Of a DNA stretch of 64,000 bases, positions 24,066 through 36,857 are shown piece by piece. The position numbers were made by a program, and so were the translations under genes. Numbering within the stretch: the first letter of the stretch is position 1; the number at the start of each line of letters is the position of its first letter. The notes beneath the pieces were generated by a model that ran no database searches, was not told where the DNA came from, and saw nothing but the letters and a program-made list of their open reading frames with translations. Source of the DNA: Octopus sinensis (taxonomy: Eukaryota); contig NC_043005.1 of NCBI RefSeq assembly GCF_006345805.1, positions 57,412,001 to 57,476,000 of the forward strand. Reading direction: 5' to 3'.

Positions 24066-24302
24066 GCATGTGTGTGTATATGTTTGTGTGTCTGTGTTTG
24101 TCCCCCAGCATCACTTGACAACCGATGCTGGTGTGTTTACGTCCCTGTAACTTAGCGGTTCGGCAAAAGATACCAATAGAATAAATACTAGGCTTACAAA
24201 GAATAAGTCCTGGCGTCGATTTCTTCAACTAAAGGCAGTACTCCAGTATGGCCGCAGTCAAATGACTGAAACAAGTAAAAGAGTAAAGAGAGTAAAAGAG
24301 AA
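23879..24302 (+). mobile_element. SINE family A, complete
   Basis: aggagtggctctgtggtaag head to gtaaaagagtaaagag tail. Confidence 0.9.
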
Positions 24303-25364
24303 TATATACATGATGGGTTTCCACACAGTTTCTGTCTACCAAATCCACTCCCAAGGTTTTGGTTGGCCCAAGGATATAGTAGAAGACACTTGCTCTAGGT
24401 TCTGTGCAGTGGGATTGAACCTGAAACCATGTGGTTGCAAAGCAAGCTTCTGAACCACAGCTATGTTCATTTTTCTTTCTTTTTAATTCCATACTCATCA
24501 TGTCATCACAGGTTCAATCCTTCATCATGGACATATTCTCCCAGTTCTTAATTGTAAAGACTATGAGATGGTGTATCAAAACTGGAAAAGTCTGCATTTT
24601 AATTTAATCAGTTTGGTCTTCTCTCACCACCCTAGTAAAAAGTTGGGATAGGAATGGTGGGTGGAGAAGGAAGTTAGTTTTGATACATATTGGTTTCAAA
24701 TTTTGGCACAAGGCCAGCAATTTTGAGGGAGGGGATAAGTTGATTACACCAACTCCAGTACTCAACTGGTTCTTATTTTATTGACCTCAAGAAGACAAAA
24801 GGCAAAGTCAACCTAGGTGGAATTTGAACTTAGGATGCAAAGATAAATGGAATGCCACTAAGGATTTTGACCAGCCTGCTAACAATTCTGCCAGCTCGCC
24901 ACCTTTATTTTGATATATATTGGTTTCAAATTTTGGTGCTAGGTCAGCAATATTAGGGGAGGAGAATAGTCAAATATATCAACACCAGTAGTCAACTGGT
25001 TCTTATTTCATCAAGCTCAAGAGGAATTTGAACTCAGAACACAAAGGCAGGCGAAATGCCACTAAGCATTTTGACTGGCCTGCTAATGATTCTACCTGCT
25101 CGTTACCTTAATTTTAATACATATTGAGTTCAGATTGCACAGAGGTGTCATTGTCTTTCATCCTTCGAAGGTTGATAAAATAAAGTAGTTGTTGAGTTTG
25201 GAGGTTGATGTAATTATCTTTCCATGGGCCTTCAAATCCTGATTGAGGATTACAGGGGTGCCATTGTTACATATCTTAGGCAGATCTCATCTATCTCTGG
25301 GTCTGAACACAGTCAATTTCTTCTGCATACTGAGAAAGAGAGAGTGGAGGGGGAGAAATTTTTT

Positions 25365-25668
25365 TCTTTTGTTTGTTTCAGTCATTAGACAATGGCTATA
25401 CGGTCATACTGGAGCACCTCCTTCAAGAATTTTTAGTTGAATGAATTGACCCTAGTATCATTCTCTTTTGCCAAACTGCTAAGTTATGAGGACATACACC
25501 AGCACCAGTTGTCAAGTGGTACTGGGGAACAAACACAGAGACACACACACACTCTTAGATATCTCTATATATATATGACAAGCTTCTTTCAGTTTCCACC
25601 TATCAAATCCACCCACAACGCTTTTATGAGTAGAACATGCTTGCCCAGAGTGCCACTCAATGGGACTT
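25365..25668 (-). mobile_element. SINE family A, decayed
   Basis: Reverse-complement tail ctggagcacctcc and core ttctttcagtttcc. Confidence 0.7.
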
Positions 25669-25972
25669 AATGGTCTTAATTATAGTGGGAAATTAAAACA
25701 ACTCATTAAAAAATGCAATCATAAAAAGAGTAAAAATCAATTTAATCAACAATACCAGTCTTAATCAAAAGTGGAATTGTGCTATGAAATAAAATCGATC
25801 AATATATATTACAAACTATTCTAATACTGTAAGACTTGGAGTCTGTAAAGGAGTTAAGATGGATTTAGGTCAGGTTACAAAACAAAATATTATCTTTGTT
25901 GTGTGTGTTACCGCTAAGTACATTTAACTTCTCTGAACATTGGATGGTTTGTTTAATCATGCAATAGAGGGT

Positions 25973-26290
25973 GCATGGCTCAGTGGTTAGAGCGTTGGGT
26001 TCACAATCATGAGGTAGTGAGTTCAATTCCTGAACCGGGGTGTGCATTGTGATCTTGAGCAAGACACTTTATTTCACGTTGCTTCAGTTCACTCAGCTGT
26101 AGAAATTAGTTGCAATGTGGTGCCAAAGCTGCATCGGTCTTTACCTTTCCCTTGGATAACATTGGTGGCATGGAGAAGGGAGGCTGGTATGCATGAGCAA
26201 CTGCTGGTCTTCCATAAACAACCTTGCCTGGACTTCGCCTCAGAGCGGAACTTTTTAGGTACAATCCCATGACTGAAACGGGTCCTGTAA
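25973..26290 (+). mobile_element. tRNA-derived SINE family D
   Basis: A box tggctcagtggttagagc, B box gagttcaattcc, then cttgagcaagacactttatttcacgttgc domain. Confidence 0.75.
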
Positions 26291-26534
26291 ACATTATGAA
26301 ATGCTAATATTGGGTTCCAACTTTGGCACAAAGCCAACAGTTTTGGAACAAGGGGCTAGTTGATTACATTGACCCCTGTGTTCAACTGGCAATTATTTTA
26401 TTGATCCCCGGAAAGATGAAAGGCAAAGTCAACCCTGGTGACATTCAAACTCAGAATGTAAAGTTGAAAAGGATGATGCTAAGCAATTTTTCTGGTGCAC
26501 TAATGATTCTGCCAGCCCATCACCTTATATAAAA

Positions 26535-26765
26535 TGTTAGAGCTGGCAGAAACGTTAGCACGCCGGGTGAAATGCGTAGCTGTATTTCGTCTGCCGTTAC
26601 GTTCTGAGTTCAAATTCTGCCAAGGTTGACTTCGCCTTTCATCCTTTCGGGGTCGATTAAATAAGTACCAGTTACACACTGGGGTCGATATAATTGACTT
26701 AATCCGTGTGTCTGTTCTTGTTTGTCCTCTCTGTGTTTAGCCCCTTGTGGGTAGTAAAGAAATAA
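26535..26765 (+). mobile_element. SINE family B, well preserved
   Basis: gagctggcagaaacgttagcacgccggg...gcctttcatcctttcggggtcgattaaataagtaccag...gtagtaaagaaatag. Confidence 0.88.
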
Positions 26766-26776
26766 GTTAATATTAC

Positions 26777-26991
26777 CCCTTTAGCATTCAGATTTTTCTA
26801 TCGAATGTAAAGCTTTTTCATTCACATTGTTTTTAATTAATCATGCTTTATTTCATAGCTTCAAAATTTTCATGATATAATTGTATATTTTTTGAGTGAC
26901 ATTGAAGGGTATGTGTGATAGGCTGGATCTGGTTGGTTAGAAAACAGATGTCATATTTGGGCCAGAGATGGCTGGTTTAAATACTAAAGGG
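26777..26991. mobile_element. piggyBac-like MITE copy
   Basis: ccctttagcatt...tactaaaggg termini; body similar to 36858-37078. Confidence 0.7.
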
Positions 26992-27007
26992 TTTTATATT
27001 AAAACCA

Positions 27008-27830
27008 TTAATTTGAAACCGAGAAAAAGCAACAAGCCAACTCACAATCATCACGTATTGAATGCCTGCAAAGTGCATGTTCTCCTCTGCCTTGCCACTC
27101 TGGTCCAACCAGCTCTCTGATATTGTCCATCCATTGCGTTCTTTGCTTGCCTTTTGATCTACTGCTCTCTACTCTTCCTTCCATGATAATGTTTTCCAAA
27201 CCTCTGCTTCGAATATGGCCATAATAAATGAGCATTTGTTTTTTCACAATGTTCTGGAGTTATTTTCCTTCATCTCATTGTTGTAACGCCCATCCATTTG
27301 TCTGGTGATCCTTGTAAAAGACTCTTAACTTTCTCCTGTACACGCACATTCCAAACAACATCGGTTACATTGTCTTCAAATTTGTCTAGAGTTCATGCTT
27401 TACAACTGCAAATGCCTATTGGCCAATTGAGTGTACATACTAGCCTTGTTTTTTTTTTTTTTTACTTAGTTGGAACACTTTTACTGGTCCAAATGTTAAG
27501 CTTTTCCAATGACGTTCTTGCCATGGCTAGCTCTGTCCTAATTTCTTTCTTCCATGTGGTTTCATCAGAGATTTGGGCTCCATGATACTTCTACAATTTA
27601 ACCTGTTCGAGCCTCTCAGTGTATATTTCTAATCTAAGACATGTAGACGAGACTGCTCCACTTGCCAAGACTGAAGCCAGACTACAAGAAATGATAAATG
27701 TAGTAGAAAAGGGTATTAAGTATGCATGGTCTTTATCTCAACCATAAGGAAACAAAAGTTATGGCAGTAGGAAAAGAGTAAGTAAATGTTAACCTCAAAC
27801 TGAGCAGTGAAAGGCTTGAGCAAGTCAGCT
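27008..27830. pseudogene. Old RTE/BovB-like LINE RT fossil in two oppositely oriented pieces
   Basis: Plus 27625-27830 reads ISNLRHVDETAPLA...GLYLNHKETKVM...ERLEQV; minus 27620-27008 reads ERLEQVK.KYHGAQIS...YYGHIRSRGLENIIMEGRVE. Confidence 0.8.
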
Positions 27831-28760
27831 GCTGGAGTTAAATCTTCTGACCTTTCTATAGTGAAAGGTAACTTAGTTCTAGCCATCTCTCAAACTATTG
27901 ATTCTAATGTCATATCTGCACTTTATAATGTGTAATAATGTGCTGTTGTTTATAATATAATGCATTCATTTCATTATGGGAAATGAAGTCTCAGAAAATA
28001 AATTTCATGCATGATATGCACTAACTTTTCTTTAATATTATGATGTCAAATTTATCATAATTGCTGTATGAAATAATATACTGAAAACATTCATACATCC
28101 TAAGCAAAACAGAAAAATTCAATAGTAACCATTTGAATTTTACTTGCATAGCCTGTAAAAGTGCATCTATCTGTAAAGTCAATATTGTGCGAGTTATACA
28201 ATCCTGCTTACACATGAAAGAAGTATTTTATACGTTAATGAATATGGTAAATGCTATATGCTGAAATAAAATATACATTGATTATTACAAGCAATCTGGA
28301 AAGTGTGGTATTGAAAGCAAGTGTATTTATTTACTAGTAACACACTTGCAGTGAAAGCTTTTAAGATAACTAACAGAAGATACCATACCTATCCCAGATT
28401 CTATTTATACATCATATAAGAACTACTGACTGTTCTGTTAACCTTTAAGAGAACACAAAAGTTGCATTAACCATAGTTGAATTCGAACTTGAGCACTTAG
28501 ATTAGAGGAGGATTGAAATTAGTTTCATGCACTAAAAAGACAGGTGGAAGGCATCAGTTCCACGCAGTGATTCAATTCTGTTGCAGTCATCTGTGGTGAC
28601 TGCAACAAAAGCTATCAGTCTCAAATAGACCTATGCAGTCATTGCATGTAATATGGTTGCATAATGTAAGTGTAGGAAAGAAGAGGGGAGAAGAAGAGAG
28701 AAAATAGCAAAGGCTCCATCTTCTCTTGTGACAGATGGTTGATGAGGATGACAATGAAGA

Positions 28761-29160
28761 TAGGCGTAGGAGTGGCTGTGTGGTAAATAGCTTGCTTACG
28801 ATCCACATGATTCCAGGTTCAGTCCCACTGCATGGTACCTTGGGCGTCTTCTACTATAGCCTCGGATCGACCAAAGCCTTGTAAGTGGATTTGGTAGACA
28901 GAAACTGAAAGAAGCCCGTCGTATATATATATATATATATATATGTATATCTGTGTGTGTGTCCGTGTTTGTCCCCACATCACCTGACAACTGATGCTGG
29001 TGTGTTTATGTCCCCATAACTTAGCGGTTCAGCAAAAGAGACCGATAGAATAAGTACTAGGCTTACAAAGAATAAGTCCTAGGGCCGATTTGCTCTCGAC
29101 TAAAGGCAGTGCTCCAGCATGGCCACAGTCAAATGACTGAAACAAGTAAAAGAGTAAAAC
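28761..29160 (+). mobile_element. SINE family A, complete
   Basis: taggcgtaggagtggctgtgtgg head to gtaaaagagtaaaac tail. Confidence 0.9.
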
Positions 29161-29494
29161 AGAAGAAATCTGTACAACTGAAATAACAGATTTTGATAGT
29201 GCTAAAAAATGTATTCAGAAGTCTAGCTATATATGCTAACACAGGTATTGTTATGAAAATGCTGTGCTCTTGAAAATCTTGCAGTAGAGAATGGAAGTCA
29301 AGAGGAAATGGTATTTCATGCTGGCATGTTACAGCAAGTTGTTACGGAGTGCAACATTTTTGTAACATGAGAATTCCTGTATGTATAAAAGTATTAAAAT
29401 GTTTTATGTTTGAAGATGTTTGGGTGTTTTCCATAAGCTATTTGCTGGACATGTGATCAAGAAGCAAATTTTGTAAATAGGTGATTGATTCTTT

Positions 29495-29865
29495 TACTTG
29501 TTTTAGTCATTTGAAGGGTTCTAGTTGAACAAATTGGCCCCAGGACATTTCTTTTTTTCTAAGCCTGTTCTTATTGTATTCGTCTCTTTTGCTGAACTGC
29601 TTAGTTGCAGGGACATAAACACATCAACACCAATTGTCAAGTGGTGGTGAGGGACAAACACAAACACACATAGATATATACATATACATATATATATATA
29701 TATATGGCAGGCTTCTTTCAGTTTCTGTTTACCAAATCCACTCACAAGGCTTTGGTCGGACCAGAGCTTTAGTAAAAAGTACTTGGCAAAGATGCAATGT
29801 AGTGGGACCGAATACGGAACCATGTGCTTGGGAAGCAAGCTTCTTACCACACAGCCACACCTGTT
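29495..29865 (-). mobile_element. SINE family A
   Basis: Reverse complement head/core/tail. Confidence 0.8.
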
Positions 29866-29889
29866 ATACATTTTTTAAAAATATACAAA

Positions 29890-30038
29890 CTACACTCACG
29901 GAGTGGTTGGCGTTAGGAAGGGCATCCAGCTGTAGATCAAACTGGAGCTAGGTGCAGCCTCCTGGCTTCCCAGACCCCGGTCGAACCGTCCAACCCATGC
30001 TAGCATGGAAAACAGACGTTAAACGATGATGATGATGA
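29890..30038 (+). mobile_element. RTE 3' terminal fragment
   Basis: ctacactcacggagtggttggcgttaggaagggcatcc...gttaaacgatgatgat. Confidence 0.88.
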
Positions 30039-30229
30039 TATAAAAATCCTATTTTAGAATATGAATTTTCACAATGTATTTTGCAATCCTCAGAAGAGAA
30101 AAGGTTGGTAACCAAAAAGAAAAAAAAAACTTGCTTCAATTTGGCTTTTATGTTTATCTTCACCTGTGGTCATAAATGTTGTGTAATGACCAAAAGAGCA
30201 CAGTTGTAAATACAAATGACTGAAATTGG

Positions 30230-30520
30230 TGCCTTTGAAGAATCTCTGGATGAATGTTATTCGACAGGGTGCATAACTTAGAGATCAGGAAGTCTTTCCG
30301 GGTCAAGTCACCAGTTCTCTGCACTGAGAGGTCACAGCTTCAGTACTATGGACATGATTTAAAAAATATCACAGGAAAAAATTTTCAAGTCGAAGCAACC
30401 AATAGGAAACTTTGGGGGTACAACAAATTCAATGTGATTGGATGATATCTCAAATCTCAGTTGGTCAGGCTTAGGAATGCAGCTGGAAAGTGCAGTAATG
30501 GTTGCATCTAATAGAGGAGG
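30230..30520 (+). pseudogene. Ancient LINE C-terminal coding fossil
   Basis: NLEIRKSFRVKSPVLCTERSQLQYYGH resembles the LINE ERSQLRWYGH region. Confidence 0.5.
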
Positions 30521-31021
30521 TGCATGAAGACTCTACCCTGATCACCTTCTCAAGAATAACTGGACTAGATAGATGGATTGATTTTTTTTTTTTTCCCAGT
30601 CAAAGTAACTTACATTAATAAGTGTACATAAAGAGTTAAAAATCTGTGTGTGTGTGATGATAACATGTGTTTTGATATTATTAGATATTATCTGATCTGT
30701 ATCACAGAAAGTAGAGATGGTAGTGATAGTGGTGATGGTGGTTGATGAAAGAGGGGATAGGTAACAGCTGAAAGCTTTTAAGATAACTAACAGAAAACAT
30801 ATTTTAGAGAGCATTAATACATTCAAATATTGTTTATGTCAAGGATCCTTATTTTCAGATATAACATTTAAAACTTGGCTTTGTTGAATCATCTCTTTTT
30901 TTTCTCTGTTCTTGTTGTTCATCACCAGCTTTGCCCTGATTAAGTTAAACCTGTTATCAAAGGTATCAAAGGTGTTCAAGCCGTGACCATTTACTTGTTC
31001 TTATTACAAGTGTAGGGGGAT

Positions 31022-31270
31022 TATATAGGTGCAGGTATGGTTGTGTGCTTAAGAATTTTGCTTTAGAACTTCGTGGTTTCTGATTTAGTTCTACTGCATG
31101 ATATTTTGGTCAGATGTCTTCCACTATGATTTTGGGCTGATCAATGCCTTGTAAATGATACTAATCACCGCAAAGTGTGCTGATAGATAAATTCAGTCAA
31201 CTGTAGTTATCTGTCTCTGGTATTCTGTTGAAGACATTCGGTTGTAAATATATCTATGTATCTATCTATC

Positions 31271-31313
<43 letters not shown>

Positions 31314-31358
31314 GCACAGACACACGCACACACACACACACCACACACACGCACAGAC

Positions 31359-31398
<40 letters not shown>

Positions 31399-31595
31399 GA
31401 GTGGCTGTGTGGTAACAAGCTTGCTTCCCAGTTATATGGTTCTGAGCCCAGTCCCACTGCATGGCACTTTAGGCAAGTGTCTTCTACTACAGCCTCGGGC
31501 CAGCCAAAGCCTTGTGTGTGGGTTTGGTAGACAAAAACTAAAAGAAGCCCATCATATTTATATATATATATTTATGCATATAGATATATATATAT

Positions 31596-31634
<39 letters not shown>

Positions 31635-31915
31635 TATATATATATATATATATATATATATGGAGGCGCAATGGCCCAGTGTATAGGGCAGCAGACTCGC
31701 GGTTGTAGGATCACGGTTTTGATTCCCAGACCAGGCGTTGTGAGTGTTTATTGAGCGAAAACACCTAAATCTCCACAAGGCTCCGGCAGGGGGTGGCGGC
31801 GATCCCTGCTGTACTCTTTCGCCACAACTTTCATTCTTTCTTCTGTTGGCCCGCTCACTTAGCCAGCGATGTGTAGCAACATCTGACAGCCTAGTCGGTC
31901 ATGGTGATCACAGTG

Positions 31916-31952
<37 letters not shown>

Positions 31953-32817
31953 ATATAGATAGATAGATGCAACTATATAGGTGCAGGTATGGTTGTGTGC
32001 TTAAGAATTTTGCTTTAGAACTTCGTGGTTTCTGATTTAGTTCTACTGCATGATATTTTGGTCAGATGTCTTCCACTATGATTTTGGGCTGATCAATGCC
32101 TTGTAAATGATACTAATCACCACAAAGTGTGCTGATAGATAAATTCAGTCAACTGTAGTTATCTGTCTCTGGTATTCTGTTGAAGACATTCGGTTGTAAA
32201 TATATCTATGTATCTATCTATCTATATATATATATATAATATATATATACACACACACACACACACGCACAGACACACACACACACACCACACACACACA
32301 GGTGCAGGAGTGGCTGTGTGGTAACAAGCTTGCTTCCCAGTTATATGGTTCTGAGCCCAGTCCCACTGCATGGCACTTAGGCAAGTGTCTTCTACTACAG
32401 CCTCGGGCCAGCCAAAGCCTTGTGTGTGGGTTTGGTAGACAAAAACTAAAAGAAGCCCATCATATTTATATATATATTATGCATATAGATATATATATAT
32501 ATACATACACACACACACACACACCACACACACCACACAATTATATATATATATATATATATATATGGAGGCGCAATGGCCCAGTGTATAGGGCAGCAGA
32601 CTCGCGGTTGTAGGATCACGGTTTTGATTCCCAGACCAGGCGTTGTGAGTGTTTATTGAGCGAAAACACCTAAATCTCCACAAGGCTCCGGCAGGGGGTG
32701 GCGGCGATCCCTGCTGTACTCTTTCGCCACAACTTTCATTCTTTCTTCTGTTGGCCCGCTCACTTAGCCAGCGATGTGTAGCAACATCTGACAGCCTAGT
32801 CGGTCATGGTGATCACA

Positions 32818-32863
<46 letters not shown>

Positions 32864-33131
32864 ATAGATAGATAGATGCAACTATATAGGTGCAGGTATG
32901 GTTGTGTGCTTAAGAATTTTGCTTTAGAACTTCGTGGTTTCTGATTTAGTTCTACTGCATGATATTTTGGTCAGATGTCTTCCACTATGATTTTGGGCTG
33001 ATCAATGCCTTGTAAATGATACTAATCACCACAAAGTGTGCTGATAGATAAATTCAGTCAACTGTAGTTATCTGTCTCTGGTATTCTGTTGAAGACATTC
33101 GGTTGTAAATATATCTATGTATCTATCTATC

Positions 33132-33170
<39 letters not shown>

Positions 33171-33446
33171 GCACAGACACACACACACACACACACCACA
33201 CACAGGTGCAGGAGTGGCTGTGTGGTAACAAGCTTGCTTCCCAGTTATATGGTTCTGAGCCCAGTCCCACTGCATGGCACTTTAGGCAAGTGTCTTCTAC
33301 TACAGCCTCGGGCCAGCCAAAGCCTTGTGTGTGGGTTTGGTAGACAAAAACTAAAAGAAGCCATCATATTTATATATATATATTTATGCATATAGATATA
33401 TATATATATACATACACACACACACACACACACACCACACACACAC

Positions 33447-33477
<31 letters not shown>

Positions 33478-33735
33478 GGAGGCGCAATGGCCCAGTGTAT
33501 AGGGCAGCAGACTCGCGGTTGTAGGATCACGGTTTTGATTCCCAGACCAGGCGTTGTGAGTGTTTATTGAGCGAAAACACCTAAATCTCCACAAGGCTCC
33601 GGCAGGGGGTGGCGGCGATCCCTGCTGTACTCTTTCGCCACAACTTTCATTCTTTCTTCTGTTGGCCCGCTCACTTAGCCAGCGATGTGTAGCAACATCT
33701 GACAGCCTAGTCGGTCATGGTGATCACAGTGATAT

Positions 33736-33778
<43 letters not shown>

Positions 33779-33792
33779 TAGATAGATGCAAC
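31022..33792. repeat. Tandem triplication of a ~910-950 bp unit (31022-31973, 31974-32882, 32883-33792)
   Basis: Each unit: tatataggtgcaggtatgg..., SINE A half, SINE C copy, ...gatagatgcaac; differences mostly microsatellite length and 1-nt indels. Confidence 0.93.
31662..31915 (+). mobile_element. tRNA-derived SINE family C (also in triplication units 2 and 3)
   Basis: ggaggcgcaatggcccagtg A box, ggttttgattccc B box; homologous to 51264-51635. Confidence 0.85.
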
Positions 33793-34005
33793 CTTTCAGG
33801 GTGCTTTAGTTCTGTTTTTCATAACATTTGTTCAGATACCTAACTGTAAGGATGCTTTGCAGCTTGTGAGTTTCTTTATTGAAAGCTACTTCCTTAGTGT
33901 AACATAATACCATAATTTTAAGCCAATGGTTTTGCTGGCTTCAAATAAACAAAAATGTAAATTTTTTTTCATTTAATTTTTAATTTCTTTCAGATATGAA
34001 ATTAC

Positions 34006-34052
<47 letters not shown>

Positions 34053-34071
34053 CATTATTATTATTATCATT

Positions 34072-34247
34072 AGGGCAGCGAGCTGGCAGAATCATTAGCA
34101 TGCTTAGCAGTATTTCTCCCATCGCTATGTTCTGAGTTCAAATTCTGCTGAGGTCGACTTAGCCTTTCATCCTTTCAGGGTCGATAAAATAAGTACCAGT
34201 TGAACATTCCCACCTCACCCAAGCTGCCCTTGTTGCAAAAATTTGAA

Positions 34248-34281
<34 letters not shown>

Positions 34282-34680
34282 GGGTGGCGAGCTGGCAGAA
34301 TCGTTAGCAGGCCAGGTGAAATGCGTAGCCGTATTTCGTCTGCCGTTACGTTCTGAGTTCAAATTCCGCCGCGGTCGACTTTGCCTTTCATCCTTTCGGG
34401 GTCAATAAAGTACCAGTTACACACTGGGGTCGATGTAATCGACTTAATTCGTTTGTCTGTCCTTGTTTGTCCCCGCTGTGTTTAGCCCCTTGTGGGTAAT
34501 AAAGAAATAGGTATTTTACATGTTGCTACATTCTGAGTTCAAACTCCGCCGAGGTCAACTTCGCCTTTCATCCTTTCGGGGCCGATTAAATAAGTACCAG
34601 CTATGCAGTGGGATCAATGTAATCGACTAGCCCCCTTCTCCCAAAAATTTTTCATGGTCTTGTACCTAGAGTTCGAAATT
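34072..34680 (+). mobile_element. Three tandem SINE family B copies separated by (ATT)n
   Basis: Repeated gcgagctggcagaatc heads and gcctttcatcctttc domains. Confidence 0.85.
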
Positions 34681-34769
34681 ATTATATTATTATTATTATT
34701 ATTATTGTTGTTATTATTATTATTGTTGTTATTATTATTATTGTTATTATTATTATACTTTAATCACTA

Positions 34770-34787
34770 TTCTGCTTTCTTTTTCAG
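34770..34787 (+). promoter_or_regulatory. Candidate 3' splice acceptor for the glycosyltransferase exon
   Basis: ttctgctttctttttcag; in-frame TAA at 34761 upstream; phase-0 continuation AVLFTVMSVG. Confidence 0.6.
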
Positions 34788-35864
34788 GCTGTTCTCTTCA
34801 CTGTGATGAGTGTTGGCACCTTAGCCTTTTTGCTGATCATCCAGAACCATCATAGTATGATCAACATAAGCAGCCGTCTTGATCCAATCCCAATCACAAC
34901 CAAAGCACCCCAGCCACCACCACAGAAGTACCTCATATATTATTGTGACAAATTGACTCGGTGTCTAGGATGGGGTGACCGGCAGCGAGGTATAATGTCT
35001 GCCTATGTAATGGCTATGGCTACAAACCGGACATTCGGTATCATAATGACAAAACCATGTCTGCTTACGAAATTCTTTGTTCCTAATCAAGTCAACTGGA
35101 ATGTGAACATGTCTGACATTCAACATCGCAGTGCACAGTATTTTGATCTCAATAGCAACGACATGTTCACCAAAACACTAAACACGGTAAATCTTGAAGC
35201 CCTGTTTCATGCTGACGTCATCTACCTAGTTACCAATCGATGGTATATTAATCCGTTATTAAAAAACTCACGCTACCGACGTAAATTGAAGGATCTCGAC
35301 AGAATGAGTTGGAGAAAGAGCTTCGCCAAAGTCATGGACCAGATGTTTCGACATAGTAACTATATGAATGATAAAATTGAGAGCACTCTAAAACGATTTA
35401 TTCCCAACAACACCACAAAGCTAGTGTGTTCTCAAATTCGTCTCGGAACTAATCCCACAATTCCTTTGGATTTCCGTGTCCGTAATAAGTACTCTTCAGT
35501 TAGTGTTGTATGGAAGTTTTTACAGAGGTACAGCAATTCTACATACAAGATATTTGTTTCCACAGACTCTCAGACTGTTCGAATGAGCGCAAAGAAACTG
35601 TTTGCTAAACAGATTGTGGATGTTGAGGGTGCTATAGTACATGTTGACAGTTATGAACCAGGACAAGATGAGTTTGCTTGCGGTGGCTTTGAGAAAGCCC
35701 TGCTTGATCAGCATATTCTTTCTCTTTGTGACATCCTGGTAATTAGTAGAGGTGGGTTTGGTTTTAATGCCATCTATGTACGCAAAAAGAACAGTAGCGT
35801 CTATATCTTCCATGATGGTAAAGTCAAGCCACTTGACTGCAACAAAAGTCAGTTGTGTTACTGA
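34788..35864 (+). CDS. GT-B fold fucosyltransferase-like protein (GT37/NodZ/FUT8 superfamily), type II membrane; catalytic domain on one exon
   Basis: Hydrophobic AVLFTVMSVGTLAFLLII, Pro-rich stem, C..GWGDRQRG, motif I QIRLG, motif II IFVSTD, motif III DQHILSLCDILVISRGGFG; several N-glycosylation sequons; non-repetitive 1 kb ORF. First ATG is at 34806. Confidence 0.8.
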   Translation, partial: AVLFTVMSVGTLAFLLIIQNHHSMINISSRLDPIPITTKAPQPPPQKYLIYYCDKLTRCLGWGDRQRGIMSAYVMAMATNRTFGIIMTKPCLLTKFFVPNQVNWNVNMSDIQHRSAQYFDLNSNDMFTKTLNTVNLEALFHADVIYLVTNRWYINPLLKNSRYRRKLKDLDRMSWRKSFAKVMDQMFRHSNYMNDKIESTLKRFIPNNTTKLVCSQIRLGTNPTIPLDFRVRNKYSSVSVVWKFLQRYSNSTYKIFVSTDSQTVRMSAKKLFAKQIVDVEGAIVHVDSYEPGQDEFACGGFEKALLDQHILSLCDILVISRGGFGFNAIYVRKKNSSVYIFHDGKVKPLDCNKSQLCY

Positions 35865-36459
35865 TAGAATGATTCTGTTCTTTACTCCTTCCCTAACAGA
35901 CATATTACATACATACATACATACACACACACATGTACATGAAATGCATACATGCATTCTTATATACATTATGCTCTAAAACGTGGATGAGGTTTTTTTT
36001 TGTTTTTTTTTTTTTAAGATTCCATCCACCCGGTCTGCTGATGCAATATTAGTGAATTCTATTGCCCCGATCTACTCCTGGCCTCAGTCCCTCAATAATT
36101 TGCGACCATTATTCTCTGTGCCCCCCCATAAGCCTATGACTGTACATTCTTTAGTGGATGTATTGCGACTAGGTGGAAAAAATATAAATTAGTTTCCATA
36201 TGCCATGTTACCCCCCTCCCACCCACTCCATCCCTTCCAAATTATTCCATACCTTCGGTTTTGTAGAGGATGGATCTGTAAATGCAGTAATACTCTTTTT
36301 CATCTTGTACATATATCCTCCAACAATATTCAGGAACACACACACACACACATGCACACGCACACACACTCACACACACTCACACTCTAATACACACACA
36401 TGCATATATTTATGAATGTGTATGTATGTGTGTGTGCCCATGTGTGACCTATGTATTTT

Positions 36460-36465
36460 AATAAA
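36460..36465 (+). terminator. Candidate polyadenylation signal
   Basis: AATAAA ~600 bp after the stop, followed by T-rich sequence. Confidence 0.35.
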
Positions 36466-36857
36466 ATTAATATTTGACTCTTGTAGTTATTTCACTGGAG
36501 CCTTTAAAAAAACAGAAAATAAAAAAAAATGAAAAAAAATTTCTTTCTTTCTAGAATAAACCTATTAAATTAAAAGAAAAAAAAAATATTTAGAAATTTT
36601 AATCTTGGTGGGGTTGTGTGAAATAGCAAGATAAAAAAAATTTTAAATTCTTTAACCTCCCTCCCCCATTCCCTGGTCTTTCAAATATCCTTTCATCACA
36701 TTTTTTCATGATTCAATATTGAAAATGCTAACTTAACTCTTTGATCCTTTTCACTAGTTCTCGAAAGTTTTCAAAGTACTATAGATAAGATGGCCGTAAC
36801 TAGGAGAAAAACGGCTGACCATTTTGGTTAGGAAGAAGGATGCTAAACATGTTTTAA

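Noticed and set aside
25973-26040. tRNA genes at SINE heads (also 31662, 51600, 11347)
   Set aside because: A/B boxes continue into SINE bodies and no complete cloverleaf with acceptor stem is present
33991-34763. Second acceptor (tttcag, 33991-33993) plus ATG 33996 as the original glycosyltransferase start before SINE insertion
   Set aside because: Joining at the shared acttta gives ATG AAA TTA CTT TAA, a stop after four codons; no donor site follows
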